DNA of 64,000 nt from Selaginella moellendorffii (lineage: Eukaryota > Plantae > Lycopodiophyta), in the NCBI RefSeq assembly GCF_000143415.4, contig NW_003314325.1, positions 900,086 to 964,085 of the forward strand, given 5' to 3'. Positions 11,642-25,567 of this stretch are shown piece by piece (the first letter of the stretch is position 1; each line of letters begins with the position of its first letter). Made by a program: the position numbers and the translations under genes. The notes below the pieces were generated by a model that saw nothing but the letters and a program-made list of their open reading frames with translations, ran no database searches and was not told the DNA's origin.

Positions 11642-14329
11642 TCAAGCACGAATGAAATCGTTTACCTGGACACTAATGGGGCTCCGTACATAATGGACGC
11701 CATCTGACCAAGTGATGGATCCAAAAGCATAGTGCCCCACTGAACGAACTATTCGAGCAGCCTCAAACGTGATCTCATAAGACAGCTTTGTCACGGAACT
11801 GTTGAAATGGAGAATGTCCGGTTTGACTGTAACTCTGACGCTATGCGGCTCTTCCACGATTGCCCTGTAACTTGAGCATGGTGTCCCTACGTTTGTCACA
11901 ACTCTTCTCACTGTTTTGGCTCCCACCAGATTGGAGATTGTTATCGAGGGATAGTTCAGCTCAGTGGCTGCTAGAGTCTGAGACGAGCATTTGGAGTGTT
12001 CAATCTTGCAAATGCTGCCCAGACTGCAGCAGAAGAGAGCATAGTCTTGAGGAGTGGTAACGTAAACAAGGCCTGGATCTGCTGCTTTGGTTGGATTGAT
12101 GTGTCCGGCACCATATCCGAAGGGGTTGGAATAACTTAGTGTGAAACTATCAGTTATTATATCCCTTGTGTTGTCCATGTTCCAAGCTGCAACCGTGATA
12201 CTTCAGGACAGAACTTGCAAAACCCACATACCTGTTGTCATAATTGCAGACTTGATTGCGGAGGGGCTCCAATCTGGATGCAAGGATTTAAGCAAAGCCG
12301 CAACACCGGAAACGTGAGGACAGGACATGGACGTGCCACTCATCGCTCCAAAACTCTTTGCTGAGCTGCTTGAATGGTTTTTTGGAGGAATAGCAGCGAT
12401 TATGTCAACGCCAGGAGCAATGATATCAGGCTGCAATGCCGGTGATATATCAGATGTTTGAATTTGGAAACCAAATGACTCACAAACCTTTAGAATATCA
12501 GGAGAAATTGGGTTTGGTCCCCTGGCTGAGAAGGTTGCAACAGCAGGGGCTGGTCCAATCCCGGTCACAGTTTCAGGTGGATGGATATAGATCGTTGACG
12601 ATCTGCAATTGAGGTAGGCAAGTTCAAATGATGAAGATAAACAAGATCGATCTGGCTTACTTCTCATGTGATCTGTGACCTAAGAGCTGCACACCGCATG
12701 CACTGGAACTACAAATATAGGGAGCGACAAGCTTCCTGTTATCGATCTGACTGTATCGGTGATTATAATTCCGGTGGCTCCAGCCTTTTCGATAGCATCC
12801 ATGTCCACGGGAAGCTCGGCGCTGGAAGCAAAGCAAAGGACATACTTCCCTCTCAGGGTGGTACCATTCAATCTCGCTTCTGTGCAATAGCTGCAGAGAA
12901 TTCACCTCATCAGAGAGATACTAGTGTCCGAATGTATGCATACCCATCCTCTCCAGAGGCAATTCTATGCAATCCAACTTCAGAACCGGTCCGGTGCTGT
13001 GATGGCGTTGCCTGTCCAAAAACTTCAAAAATGAAGGTTCATACAGCCATTTTGCAAACCTGGCAAGAGGTAGCATTGTCGGGAAGAACGATCTTTGCAT
13101 GGAAACCCCGGTCAATAGTGCTTGCTCCCACACTCAGAATCCAGGGAGCAGTGTTAATGATTGTGGACGGATATGGTCCCGAATTGCCACCACTTGCCAC
13201 AACCAAAATCCCATTCTGGACTGCATGAAATGCGGCAATTGCAATGCCATCCGTGTTGTAGTCGTACGTATTTTCCATGCCTGCAGAAATGGACAGGATG
13301 TCGACTCCGTCATAAATTGCGTAGTCGATTGCAGAAATAATGTCTGCTTCTAAGCTGCTACTCTCTTCATAGAATTTGTACATTGCAAGCCTGGCCATTG
13401 GTGCTCCACCACGAGCTATTCCGCTGCCAAATTCATCATCGCTGGCTCCGTAAACGAGCCTGCCTACAGCGGTCGACGATGTATGCGTGCCGTGAGAGTT
13501 TTTGTCCCTGGGTGATCTGTAATCCTCCACGCTAGGATCCACACTTTGGTCGAAATATCGAGCTCCTATAAGTTTCCTGCATTCATGCAGTTAAAACACA
13601 TGAAACGGCTATACTTCCAAGTTCCAAGCCACTCGGAGGTCCCAACAACGAACCTATTACAGTTTGAAGCCGTGAAGTTCTCGCCTATTTGACATATTCC
13701 CTTCCATCTTGTGGGAACTGCTGGCATTGATTTGTCATTGAAACTCTCAGCTTCAGGCCATACACCTGCAGAAAAGTTCCGAAATTTTGGTATCTGCTGC
13801 ACACTAGAATGTGAAACTTAACAAACACCTGAATCCACAACCCCAACAATTACGTCCACTCCGAAGCCAGATTCTTGCAAAATGCCTTTGGGCTTCATGA
13901 CATCCAGTCCAAGGAAGTCCCAGCTGTGAGTTGTATGCAGCTTCACCTTTTTGCTGCGGAACACAGACACAACTCCAGGCATCTCTGTTGCAGAAGTATT
14001 AGCCTGAAAACTGAGAGCACAGCCACTTACTGGACAAAGCTTTTGCATGCTTTGGATTCATATCTGCTGCGAAACCGCTGAATCCATGCCGGTAGCTGTA
14101 CAAGATAGCACCTTTTGCCAAATCTTCACTTCCCAACACACTGGCCAGCGTTTCGTGATGGGATTTCGTTACCAGTTCGTGGTCTTCGACGATTTTCTTC
14201 CCCATGTAGACTATATAAACCTACGATGGCACCAGTTAGCGACCGATGTAGACTCAATAAAATACTTACCTCTCCCATCGAGCACTGGATTTGAGCCAGA
14301 AGAATAAGAAAAGCGGTTAGTGGTGCCAT
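11642..14329 (-). pseudogene. Subtilisin-like serine protease (S8A) copy 1, frameshifted in the PA domain
   Basis: Signal peptide, I9 prodomain, VDSG / HGTHTSST / [10 protein letters not shown] motifs; 1-bp deletion (gttccagtg vs gttcccagtg in copy 3) gives a stop at 12680 before the catalytic Ser exon. Confidence 0.85.
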
Positions 14330-14666
14330 TCTTCAGGAGTGCAATGCAATGGAAAATCCCTAGCTGCTTTCCGAGCATACCCGGGGTTTGATATAGAGGC
14401 GACACCAGTCAGCATTCTGATCAGATGTACTGTGTGGGCCTTCACGCGCTCAATTTTTCTTTAGTCGCGATGTTGATCTGGCTGGCCCATCCGACCACTA
14501 GTAGTGGACCCGCAAACAGCCAATGGGGTTGTGTGTATCCCCCGTGAAAAGAAAATTCGAGAAGCACATTAGGCTTCGTCCATCGATGATCCTGCATGTA
14601 AAAACATTCTCTTTACAAAGAAAGTCGATGAACAAGAAATTAGCCAACCTTTTAAAAAGAACTTTA

Positions 14667-14801
<135 letters not shown>

Positions 14802-15487
14802 TCACTTCAACCCTGGAGCCTTTACTTTTGAGATACTTGTGGTGATTAGATCCATATGTATGCAAGCCTGAGGTGGTGAATCTGCTGTTTATGAGGCGGT
14901 ATGTGGCACTGGCTTTAAACTTAGTGTGGTACTGGTATGAGTATGCTGATGCGAGAATGACGCCTAGAAATTCAGCCGCAAACAGACTCTACAATTAAGA
15001 TATCAGGCCGAGGCAGGTTGCAAAGTGCTGAAAGACAGTTCTAGGACAAATAATGCTGCTGCCAAGCAGGCCAGCATTTCATTGTTTCTACATCTTCACA
15101 TCAAATGCCCGTCTAACTATCACTTAGTCAGATATCATCGTCGGGAGCACGCAAAAATGCGGCCACATAGCTCTTTTGAGATTTTAGGTGAAGTAAAAAA
15201 AAATTCAAAAAACTATTACTTGCATGATGAAGTTAGCCATGCCCAGGGCCAGCGGCCCATTTGGAGGTACCCAGACGAGCACACTTAACTCTTGCCCGAA
15301 TTTCACCTCTTTATACTGCTCTAGTATGTGGGCTCACCTGAAAACTAACCTGAAACAAAATGAAAGCAACAAACACGCGTTGACTGAAGAGGATTCTTTA
15401 TATCATGAGATTTGTTTGACCAGTCTCACATTTTAAGAGCGTTGTGACGGAAGAAAACGGGTTAGCGATAATATAATTGGCTTTCAC

Positions 15488-16140
15488 TCACGCTGCTCGA
15501 ACTTTCTTCACAACCAAGTCGCTACTAAAACCAGGAGCACTCCTCTTCACTCCACAGTGCCTCCTCCTGTGGATAGTCTTCTTGATTTTACTGCTGCAAT
15601 TTTCCACGATCCAGGGATGCTCCAGCACACCATCCAGTGTCAACCTCTCGCTCGGCTCCACAGCCAGCATCCCGGGAATGTGGACAACCATCCGGGAATC
15701 CCTGGTTCACAACAACTCGATCTCCCTGGATTGCTTGTAGCCTTTCAGCAGCTCATATGCGATCACTCCCAGTGCCCATATGTCAATGGCCAGCGTCCAG
15801 CTGTTCTCCGGCTTGAGATTCCGGTGGACGATGCTGCTGGTATGTATCCCCTTGAGCGCCTTCACCAGACGCTGGATGGTCTTGGCGGCCTCCTTCTCAC
15901 CCAGCGGCCCTCCCTTGATCAATCGATGGCACAGACTAGGGCCGCACAGCTCCATCACCATGGTCCCGTAGGAAGCCCCGCCACTCCTCTCCCTCACGAA
16001 GGCCGCCACATGAGCTAGAGCTCTCTCCCGGCCTCCCTCCCCAATTTAAACATAGCTCATGGCGCCCTTGAGCATCGTCATCCTCGATGACGATGACGGC
16101 ACAATCGTCATCCTCGAACTCACTGTCGCACCATCACAGA
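15488..16140 (-). pseudogene. Ser/Thr kinase-like remnant with internal deletions
   Basis: MVMELCGPSL, IVHRNLKPEN, IDIWALGVIAYELL, RLTLDGVLEHPWI; DFG/APE region deleted. Confidence 0.8.
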
Positions 16141-16299
16141 GCTTCTCCTCTCGCGTAAGAGAAACTAACGATTATATGTCGACGGCTGGATGGCGTTTTG
16201 CTGACGGCTGAGATGTGATCGCCGTGTGCCTAGCCATGAATATTTTTTAAAAAATTAGAATATTTTCTATTACCCTCTTGGACAGGCAAGACAACATAG

Positions 16300-17700
16300 T
16301 TGTAAGTTGGGCTCACCTCCAAACATTTCTATATAAACTTCTACAAGCATTTGATCTCATATTTCTTGGCAGAAAAACATCAAGGATTTAAAAGCATAAA
16401 ACCCAAAATAGAGTGTTATTTGAAAGTTGTAAACTTTTTAGTTGTGTGAACTTTATATTGTGACAAATCCTAATGGGAATATTTATTTTTGCATTGACTA
16501 TTGCCTATTAAACAAAATGACTATCTTGAATATATACCCTTTTCCTCACACTATTAATCTTTTAAATTGTTTGGGGAAAAATTGTTAGTTCGTAAAATTA
16601 TATTTTGCTTTTGGATACTGATAAGTGCTAATGGCCAAGGAAAATATTCCCAAGACTACTTTTTATATATTATTTGGTTTATACAAGTTCTTGGTGATGC
16701 CATTTGATTTGAAAAATGCTTTAACTACTTTTTAGTGGATGATGAATGAAGTTTTTTGCAATATGTTGGAGGTGACTATTAACTTTATTAATGATGTTTT
16801 GATTTATTCAGAAGGGATATAAGCATACATTAGTGATGTTTGTAAAGTGTTGGATCACTTGCAAGAAGTTAGTTTAAAGCTAAAGTAATTGAAGTGTATT
16901 TTTGGGTCCAAGGATACAATTTATCTTGAGTATCATATTTTTCATTAAAAATTTCTCATTAAAGTTTGCAAATTGATCTTAATAAATTCGTTACTCTAAA
17001 GTGTGTGAATGATATGCAATGCTTATTAGGCAAGGTGTAATTTCTCAGCCATTTCATTAATCATATTTCTAATCATATTGCATTATTAGGAGCATTGTTG
17101 AAGTTGTCAATATTATTTTTCATGTAGTATGTAGATTATGAGAGGGTATTTACAGACTTTAAAGAGTTGTTAATAATTTTTCCAGTTTTAGCATATCATA
17201 ACTACACTAGATCTTTAGTTTTGCAGGTGAATGTTTTTTATATAAGTTTTGGAAGTGTGTTGATGTAAGAGAGCCCAAATATGTCTAATTAGCACCATCC
17301 CATTATATCAACTTTATGTTAGAACCAACGGAGATGAATTACTATATAATAAAGGTGTATTTTACAATAGTGAGAAACTTCACACATATCTACATAGTTC
17401 TCAAACATTACTAAAAGATGATCATATTGTAGTTACTTTATTATTGAAATAGAAGAACTTGATTAATTGTATTACTCAATGGGCTTTAAAGTTTAAGATA
17501 TATGATTTTGAGGTTGTTTATCACCAAAGGAGTTTTATATTTGATGTTAACACCTTTTCTCGAGCTCTTTTTCTTTTTTCATTCTCTTCTCATGTTTTTG
17601 ATAAGCTTATTGTTCAAGCATTTGTGTATTTTATGAATAAAGATTCTATGCCGTTATCAGTTGTTATACTTGATGTTTAATGTTCACAATGTATGGAGCA
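16300..17700 (+). mobile_element. Highly degenerate Ty3/gypsy RT-RNase H remnant
   Basis: IPKTTF...FGLYKFLVMPFDLKNALTTF...FINDVLIYS; WALKFKIYDFEVVY; many stops; AT-shifted. Confidence 0.8.
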
Positions 17701-17739
17701 AAATACCTTCTCTTAACAAGGTTTATAAGGCTCAAAAAG

Positions 17740-18490
17740 TAAACGTAAGATTAATCTTATTACAACCATTAGATGGTAAAATAAATAGAATATGCTAAAA
17801 AGTGTTTAGGAAAGTTTATAAATTATAAATATGTTTATATATTATAAATACAAGATTAATGAAATGAATAACAATCATTTACTCCTACAGTTTTGCTTAA
17901 GCATACAAAATTTACTGGATGCAACAATGTTTGGTTACTTAATAATAGTGGTTATTATTTATTAATCTTATTTATTAATTGAAATCTTGAAAGGTGTTTA
18001 GAAAAGTTTGTAAATTATAAATACAAAATTAATCTAATAACTGTTAGATGGTTAGAATATTATATTTTAGGTACATCCACTCTTCCTTTATAAGTTTGCT
18101 TAAGCAAACCAAAAATAATATTTGAAAGTGTTTTTCACATAAATTAAAATAATTTTCTGCATAGCAATGCTTAGTTTGCTTAATAGTAGTGTCATACTTA
18201 TTTAGTATTTTTTAATAACCCAATTGATCAATAATTATAAACATGTTTATAATTTATAAATCAAGATTAATCTTATTGCATATTAATCATTAGATAATGG
18301 AATAAAAAGAATATACTAGGAAGTCTTTAGAAAAGTTTATAGATTATAAATATATTTATAAATTATAAATACAATATTAATCTAAATAAATAACAACAAT
18401 TAAATGATTGAATATTCTTAAAATATTCAAGTATATTTTAAATATATTCAATCCCCTTATCAATTTTGTTTAAGCAAACCAATTATATAG
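17740..18490. repeat. AT-rich degenerate repeats
   Basis: Recurring aaagtttataaattataaata...caagattaat and ttttgcttaagca blocks at ~17800, ~17995 and ~18320. Confidence 0.6.
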
Positions 18491-18659
18491 CCTATAGTTT
18501 TTGATAATTTTTTATGTGAAGAAGTTTCTTCGGTACTTGCTAGGATCCGGGAGGTGGATGTATACGTAACGTATCGATTTTAAGGTGTCCAGGTTCATTG
18601 TACCCAGGCTGAGCAATTTAAAGGCTAGGGTTTTAGCATAAGGAATGTAGCAGCGCCTC

Positions 18660-20407
18660 ATGGATCGATGCTGCGCTCATCTGCGTCTCAGATGCTTCCC
18701 GATCAGCAAAGAATCGCCGCTCCAATTCCATCGCCCTGCTCTTCTTGTGCGCCTCGCGGCTGGAAAATCTGTTATTCCGGGCCCTGGATTAACAGATTTT
18801 CCAGGCAAGAAATCCTCGCTTCGTCTCGTTTGCAGCAGAGCGGCAGCGGCGGCTGCGGAGGAGTGCGATCACAACAGGTAATGTGGATTTGGGGGCCAAT
18901 TCGTTTAGAGATCATGAGTTCTTGTTGCCAGTGGTGCGTCGAGCTTTCTGGACCAATACCCGGCGCTGACAACCGGGTCGCTCTTCCTATCTTGGTAAGA
19001 AGAAAAGATAAGAGATTTTTGTTTTCTTCCCTAGCTCCAAATCAAAGGATCGCACAGGTCTCTGTTAAATGCGGTTTTTAATGTCTTGAACAAGCAGGTG
19101 TTTCACTACTTTCCATATCCATGGTAACTTCCTCTTCTTCTTCGTCTTGTTTAGTCTAAATCTTTTTCCTCGCCTTGAACAGTACCATGTCCGTGATTCA
19201 TCTGGCGGTGGGAGTTACATACTGCAGCGTTTGCTGGGCATTTGGAATGCCAAAACGTGTCGTAAGTTTTCGATTTTTTCGCCAGACTACCTATCCTGAT
19301 TTGATTGGTTCCAGCCATTGAGCAAGGAACTGATGAGATTGCTTCTGCCAGTTTCGTTTTGTCACGCTCTGGGACACATCATGACCAACATTTCCTCATC
19401 CACCGTCGCCGTTTCCTTCACGCACACGGTCAAAGGTTTTGTGGTTTTGCTTTTAGTTCATGGAGATTGACAGGATTACTCGTGTTTGCTGCTGGCAGCG
19501 CTGGAGCCTTTCTTCAACGCATCTGCGTCACAGTTTCTTCTGGGACAATCAGTTCCTTTCGCCCTCTGGCTTAGCTTGATACCTGTAGTCGCTGGTAAAT
19601 ATATGCTCTAGATTTGTAAACCTCTTGCATTCTCAAGCTTGGTCCTTCAGGGGTTTCTCTAGCATCACTCACAGAGGTTTCATTTAACTGGAAAGGATTT
19701 CTCAGTGCCATGACGTCGAACGCAGCATACACATACCGAAACATTGTTTCCAAGGAGGCTATGGTACAAAGCATTTCTTCATATCTGATGACGCTCTTTC
19801 TTGTCCTGTCCAGGCAACAATTGACAGCACTAATCTTTACGCTTACATATCTTTGATTTCGCTCTTCATGTGCATACCACCAGCATTACTGGTAAGTAGC
19901 ATTCATTTAATCCACAAGCTTTTAGTAGATCAATGCTTTTTATCTACAGATAGAAGGTCCGAGCCTTGTCAAGCACGGGCTTGCTTCCTCAGTTGCAAAA
20001 GTAGGCATTCGAAAGTTCGTAGCAGATCTAATCGTGGTGGGAGTTTTCTATCATCTGTACAATCAGGTTCGTTCTTTCTCTTCGATAAAGCACGATGCCA
20101 GATATTTCTTGTACGTCTATCAGGTTGGCAACAACACTCTGGAACGAGTAGCGCCTCTGTCACACGCAGTAGGCAACGTACTAAAGCGAGTCGTAGTCAT
20201 CGTATTCTCTATACTTGTTTTTGGTAAGCCTTTCGAGTGATTAGATTGATGATGCAAGTGACTTTCTTTCTGTCTGTAGGAAATCGAATTACAAGACAAA
20301 CTGCTGTAGGCACGACGATGGCAATCGGTGGAGTTGCCTTCTACTCTTTTGCTAAAGCCAAACTAGACGAGATGAAACAACGAGCTCTTTTGAATCAAAA
20401 GCATTAG
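18660..20407 (+). CDS. TPT: Plastid triose-phosphate/phosphate translocator family protein (11 exons, intact)
   Basis: Transit-peptide-like exon 1; spliced exons give [61 protein letters not shown]; all GT-AG and in frame. Confidence 0.88.
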
Positions 20408-20899
20408 TTTTGGATTTGGTCTACCCGCCTCGATTGCATCACCATGCAATTGACATGCTAGGCTGAGAACATCGTGGACTGGAAAGTTATCTTCTTTGGC
20501 CAAACTGGACTCGAGGAGCATTTGCTATAGACGAGCTTTCTTGACAATCGAGCGCTTAGATCCGATCCAGTCGTGCTTTATCTACTCCACAACTTATCAG
20601 CCTTGCCACCTTCCTTTTCCAGGACATAAGCCCACCGAGTCCAAAATCTACAGAGTCTAAAACTCTCAAACACCTCCTCAGCTTCATTGATCCAGATTGT
20701 CACAGCATGAAAGAAGCGTTGTCGCAAAGGCAAAGTTACAAATGCATTGGGCATACAAATCAATCTACACCAGATCTTTCTGTCCAAGTTTCTCATAAAT
20801 TTCTTTAACCAGTTGACCTTGCAGCATATTAAGCAATCCAAACGTTGCTACATGTGGCAATCTGAAAATCCCTGAAAAGTCACTCTTCAAGGAGCGATC

Positions 20900-21400
20900 G
20901 AACACTCTAGTGTTACACCAGGCTAACGAGCGCTACCTTGTGTCCGGCATCATCCACCTCCTCGCTGCTGATGGGCCGCAATCTTGAAGCCCCAAGAGAA
21001 GACGTTTTTGGCATCGAATGCTCGTGCGCTTGCCATACATGTCCACCAGAGGATTGCCGATACTGGTGGAGTGGCGGCCATGGAATCGCAGCTGCGCTTG
21101 CATGCATCCCACATTTCGACACAAGGGCCCCAAACTCCTCCGCATCGATCGCAATGTCCGTGCTCCTGGACGCATGGAGCTGGATCTCTTCCATCGAATA
21201 CTGGAGCTGGACGACTTGGTCCACTCCACCGCGCTCCAATCCAATCGCTCGCGGTCCTCAAGTGGACCAGATCATTGAGCCATGAGAGCTGGCGCTGGAG
21301 AACGCCATCCTGGAGATGTATGCACGATCATGCCCACACCGAGTTGGCGAGCTGGAGCGTCTTGGATGCTTCTAACTTAGATATTTAATTCAAAACATAG
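20900..21400 (-). pseudogene. PPR N-terminal fragment (homologous to 9650-9950, inverted); second copy at ~34510-34980
   Basis: IAIDAEEFGALVSKCG, GNPLVDMYGK, KNVFSWG. Confidence 0.7.
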
Positions 21401-21681
21401 AAGAGATCTACCAGCGATTTTGCTGACTCTCCACAGGGAGGAGCACCGCCAATCCAATGAATCTAGTAAAGCGCAACATTGATAGCGATGGAAATGAAAA
21501 AGTGAGGGATCACTTGATCCTAATTTCTATCGCATCCCCCGATGAGGAGCTGATCTTGCTGATCTCTACCACGGCGTCTTGTTCAACATACACACATGGG
21601 ACACTGTACAAAGCACCTTCGTGCCTCTCTATCTTGATTCTTGATCCACCGCCCGCGATTCCCACTTCGAACTTCACGCGT

Positions 21682-21971
21682 GAAAGAATGAGAGATCTCA
21701 AGCTCGAGTCTGCAAATCAACTCAAAACAATAAGAACCCAGAAAGATAACAAAGAGCATCTGCGCTCTACCTTGGTCTCCATGGCGACCACAAGCTTGGA
21801 AGGAGCCATTTCTATGGTAAACAAGAGAAAGAATGAGAGATCTCAAGCTCGAGTCTGCAAATCAACTCAAAACAATAAGAACCCAGAAAGATAACAAAGA
21901 GCATCTGCGCTCTACCTTGGTCTCCATGGCGACCACAAGCTTGGAAGGAGCCATTTCTATGGTAAACAAGA
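21682..21971 (-). repeat. 145-bp tandem duplication containing a truncated PSY-like exon 1/intron 1 remnant
   Basis: Units 21682-21826 and 21827-21971 bounded by GAAAGAATGAGA; minus strand ATGGCTCCTTCCAAGCTTGTG...ACCAAG|GTAGAG matches the start of the 828-1266 gene with the signal peptide deleted; single copy at 35262-35406. Confidence 0.85.
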
Positions 21972-22027
21972 GAAAGAATGAGAAAAACAAAACGAATATG
22001 TTAGTGTGGAATTGAGGACATGGTTGA

Positions 22028-22700
22028 TCAGGAGAAAAAGATGGCAGATAATATCATTAGACGCGAGCAACGTGGGCTCGCAGCAATCCCTATTTGCTCG
22101 AACATTGCGTTCTGGTAAAGGTGACGTTCGTGGGACAGCCGCATTCGCTGGTACAAGTCAAAGGCGAGGTCGCCGTAGCCATTGACGGAGTACGCAGCGA
22201 TCAAGCTGTTCCAGGATACAACATCCTTGCGTGGCATTGTCCCGAAAGTTGTCCTGGCGTCGCCCAAGCTCGCGCACCTCGCTGACGAGGGCGTTCCGGA
22301 TTTGAGCTCCGTTCTCTGGGCTGCCGCTCGTCGCAAAGCTCTCTTCGACATTGGAGTGGATCAGCCTCGTGGTGTGCAAGTCGACTGGTCCCGTGCAAGC
22401 GTTCATGATCGAGAGAGGCAACGTCGTTTGCCCTCGAGCTCCATTCTCTGGTAGAGCTGAAGCGATTCCGAATTGAGACCTGATGGCGTTCCAAAGATCC
22501 GCACGATTCTTTGAACACGCTCCTGGCGGTGGTAAGCTGGCCTCCGTTTCCATAGATGCTCACCAAAGAGTTGCAAACAACAGTGTCGGAGGACACTCGA
22601 AGGCCCCTAGAGCTCCAGAGAACTTCCATGAAGCCCGAGAAAGACGCATAGGTGACGATGAGAGTGTTCCGGGAGATCACGTCGGGCTGGTCCGGGACAC
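22028..22700 (-). pseudogene. PPR pseudogene fragment; second copy at ~35640-36300
   Basis: NSLVSIYG, CASLGDARTTFGTMPRKDVVSWNSLIAAYSVNG; frameshifts. Confidence 0.75.
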
Positions 22701-23659
22701 CCCTGATTCAAGTGAAGTCATATCCTAGATAAAAGAGCCTGTAATGTAATGCAATGTCTCTTTGTATTGCCAGTAGACAAGTATATTATGTGGGTGTTGG
22801 AGCTGAGGTGGAGTCTAAGTTAAGAATCCCTGTCTGGTGCAGGTGGGCGACTGCTCTGCGTATGCTTGCTTGCTTTGCTTGCCACCACAATGAGCATTGT
22901 GGTTGAAATAGTTATAAATTTAAACCTTTGATCTTTTTCAAGAGATATTTTGAGAAACAGAAAAATCTGGTGACCTGATGATGCCCAGTGCGGGCAATCC
23001 CAAGATACACGAGCACCTACAGACGCTTCTTTCATGCTGTGACGATCAGGGCGATGGAGAAGAGATCCATGCTTGTATCGTGAGGGCTGGGATCGAATGG
23101 GACGTCGCCATGTCCACTGCATTGGGGCGCTTCTGCTCAGTGGACTCGACCTTAAAACTCCCAAGCTTAAAAGTCTTAGCTACAGCGTAGCTCTTCCATG
23201 CCAGAGCACTGACTTCTCCAGCCAGCCGAGCTTCCTGGAGTGATTCCTTAGAATCTCTGTGGCACACACTCCTCAAGGAGCGACCGAACAAGGTTGCCCT
23301 GCTCCAGAGCCAAGCAAGACCTCGCCAGCCTAAGGAACGCAACCTTATGTGTCCTTGCTTCGCTCACTCCCTCCACCACTCTTTGCTGCTAGCATAGGCC
23401 GTGATCAAGAATCCCAATAGAAGACGTTCTTGTCGGCGATGCGCGTGCGTCGTGCGCGCTGCCATGTGGAATCGCAGCTGCCTGCTTCCAGGAGAAAATA
23501 TTCTAATTGTTTAGAGAATATTCGCGGCTAAGCACATCGGCACCGTTGATAGTCGATCACATCTCAGCCGTCGGCGAAACGCCATCCCAGCCGTCGACAT
23601 ATAGTCGTTGTGGGTTTCTACCCTTTTATTTTTCATATCAAGGAAGCTTGCGCGAGAGG

Positions 23660-24498
23660 AGAAGCTTGCGCGAAGACGGTGAGTTCGAGGAGGACGATTG
23701 TGCCGAGCTCCTCAAGATCCACACGAGGGGCCAGGGCCAGGTTTTCGTGCTCAACGCCGGGAAGATGTTTCAATCGGGGAGGGAGGCCGGGAGAGAGCTC
23801 CGGCTCATGTCAAAGCTCCGCGGCTGCGCTGGAGTGGTCTCCTTGGCGGGCTTCGTGAGGAAGAGGAGCGGCGGGGCTTGCTACGGGACCATGGTGATGG
23901 AGCTGTGTGGTCCTAGTCTGTGCCATCGATTGATCAAGGGAGGGCCGCTGGGCGAGAAGGAGGCCGCCAAGACCATCCAGCGGCTGGCGGAGGGGCTCAA
24001 GGGGATACATACCAGCGGCATCATCCACCCGAATCTCAAGCCGGAGAACATCTTCGTCAAGCTGGACGCTACTGCCGTGCACGAGGTGGTGATTGGAGAC
24101 TTTGGAGTGGCCACGGACGACCCCAAGGAGATGTCGCAGTACTGTGGAACCGGGAAGTATATGGCCCCGGAGATGACGAGCTGTAAGAGTGGTCATGGTG
24201 ACTCAAGGTTGCGGAGCTTTTACACTACAGCCATCGACGTGTGGGAGTGATCACATATGAGCTGCTGAGAGGCTACAAGCAATCCAGGGAGATCGAGTTG
24301 TTTCGAGCCGGAGAATTCCCGGATGGTTGTCCTCTCTCAGACGAGGCGGAGGATTTCATCTGTGGGATGCCGATCGAGAGGTTGACGCTGGATGGTGTGC
24401 TGGAGCATCCCTGGATCGTGGAGAATTGCAGCAGTAAGATCAAGAAGACGATTCATAGGAGGAGGCGCTGTGGAGTGAAGAGGAGTGCTTGGTTGTGA
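23660..24498 (+). pseudogene. Ser/Thr protein kinase-like gene, frameshifted, catalytic Asp replaced
   Basis: IIHPNLKPEN, IGDFGVA, YCGTGKYMAPEM, AIDVW then frameshift (7 nt missing relative to IWALGV in the 15.5-16 kb copy). Confidence 0.8.
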
Positions 24499-25567
24499 AG
24501 AAAGTTCGAGCAGCGTGAGTTATATTATCGCTAACCCGTTTTCCTCCGTCACAACGCTCTTAAAATGTGAGACTGGTCAAACAAATCTCCATGATACAAA
24601 GAATCCTCTTCAGTCAACGCGTGTTTGTTGCTTTCATTTAGTTTTCAGGTGGATTGTTGTGTTTGAGACCACATGCTGGAGCAGTATAAAGGGGTGAAAT
24701 TCGGGCGAGAGTTAAGCGTGCTCGTCTGGGTACCTCCAAATGGGCCGTTGGCCCTGGGCGTGGCCAACTTCATCGTGGTCTTTGATTAAACGTCGTTTTT
24801 TAGAATTTTTTAAAAAAAACTTCACCTAAAATCTCAAAGAGTTATGCGGCCATTAGCGTGAAGATATCTGACTAAGTGATAGGCATTTGGTTGAAGATGC
24901 AACTTTAACATGTTGCAACTAAAAACAGTGAAAGCATTGTTTGCCCTAGAGCTGTCTTTCAACACCTTGCAACTTTGCCTGATATTTTAATTGTAGAGGT
25001 CTGTTTGTTTTGGTTTTGGTTGAATTTCTAGGCGTCATTCTCGCATCAGCATACTCATACCAGTACACATACCGCCTCATAAACAGCAGATTCACCACTT
25101 CAGGATACATTTGAATCTATTCAATCTCAAAAGTAAAGGCTCCAGGGTTGAATTGACACATATTCTCCTATGCGCACTAAGAGCTTACGCAGCTTTGAAC
25201 AGGAACGGCTTGTTCATCGACTTTCTTCGTAGAGAGAATGTTTTTACATGCAGGATCATCGATGGACGAAGCCTAATGTTCTTCTCGATTTTTTTTTTAT
25301 CTGCAATGAGTACTGTGTATTGTTCCTGTTCGATCCTGCATTCAAAGTTCTGCTGCAGTGAATTGCTGGGGGAAGTGGCAGCACTACAACCCCATTGGCT
25401 GTTTGCGGCTCCACTACTAGTGGTCGGATTCAAATTGCAACTAAAGAAAATTCGAGTGCCTGAAGGCCCACACCGTACATCTGATCAGAATGCTGAGCCT
25501 CTATATCAACCCCCGGGTATGCTCGGAAAGCAGCTAGGGATTTTCCATTGCATTGCACTCCTGAAGA

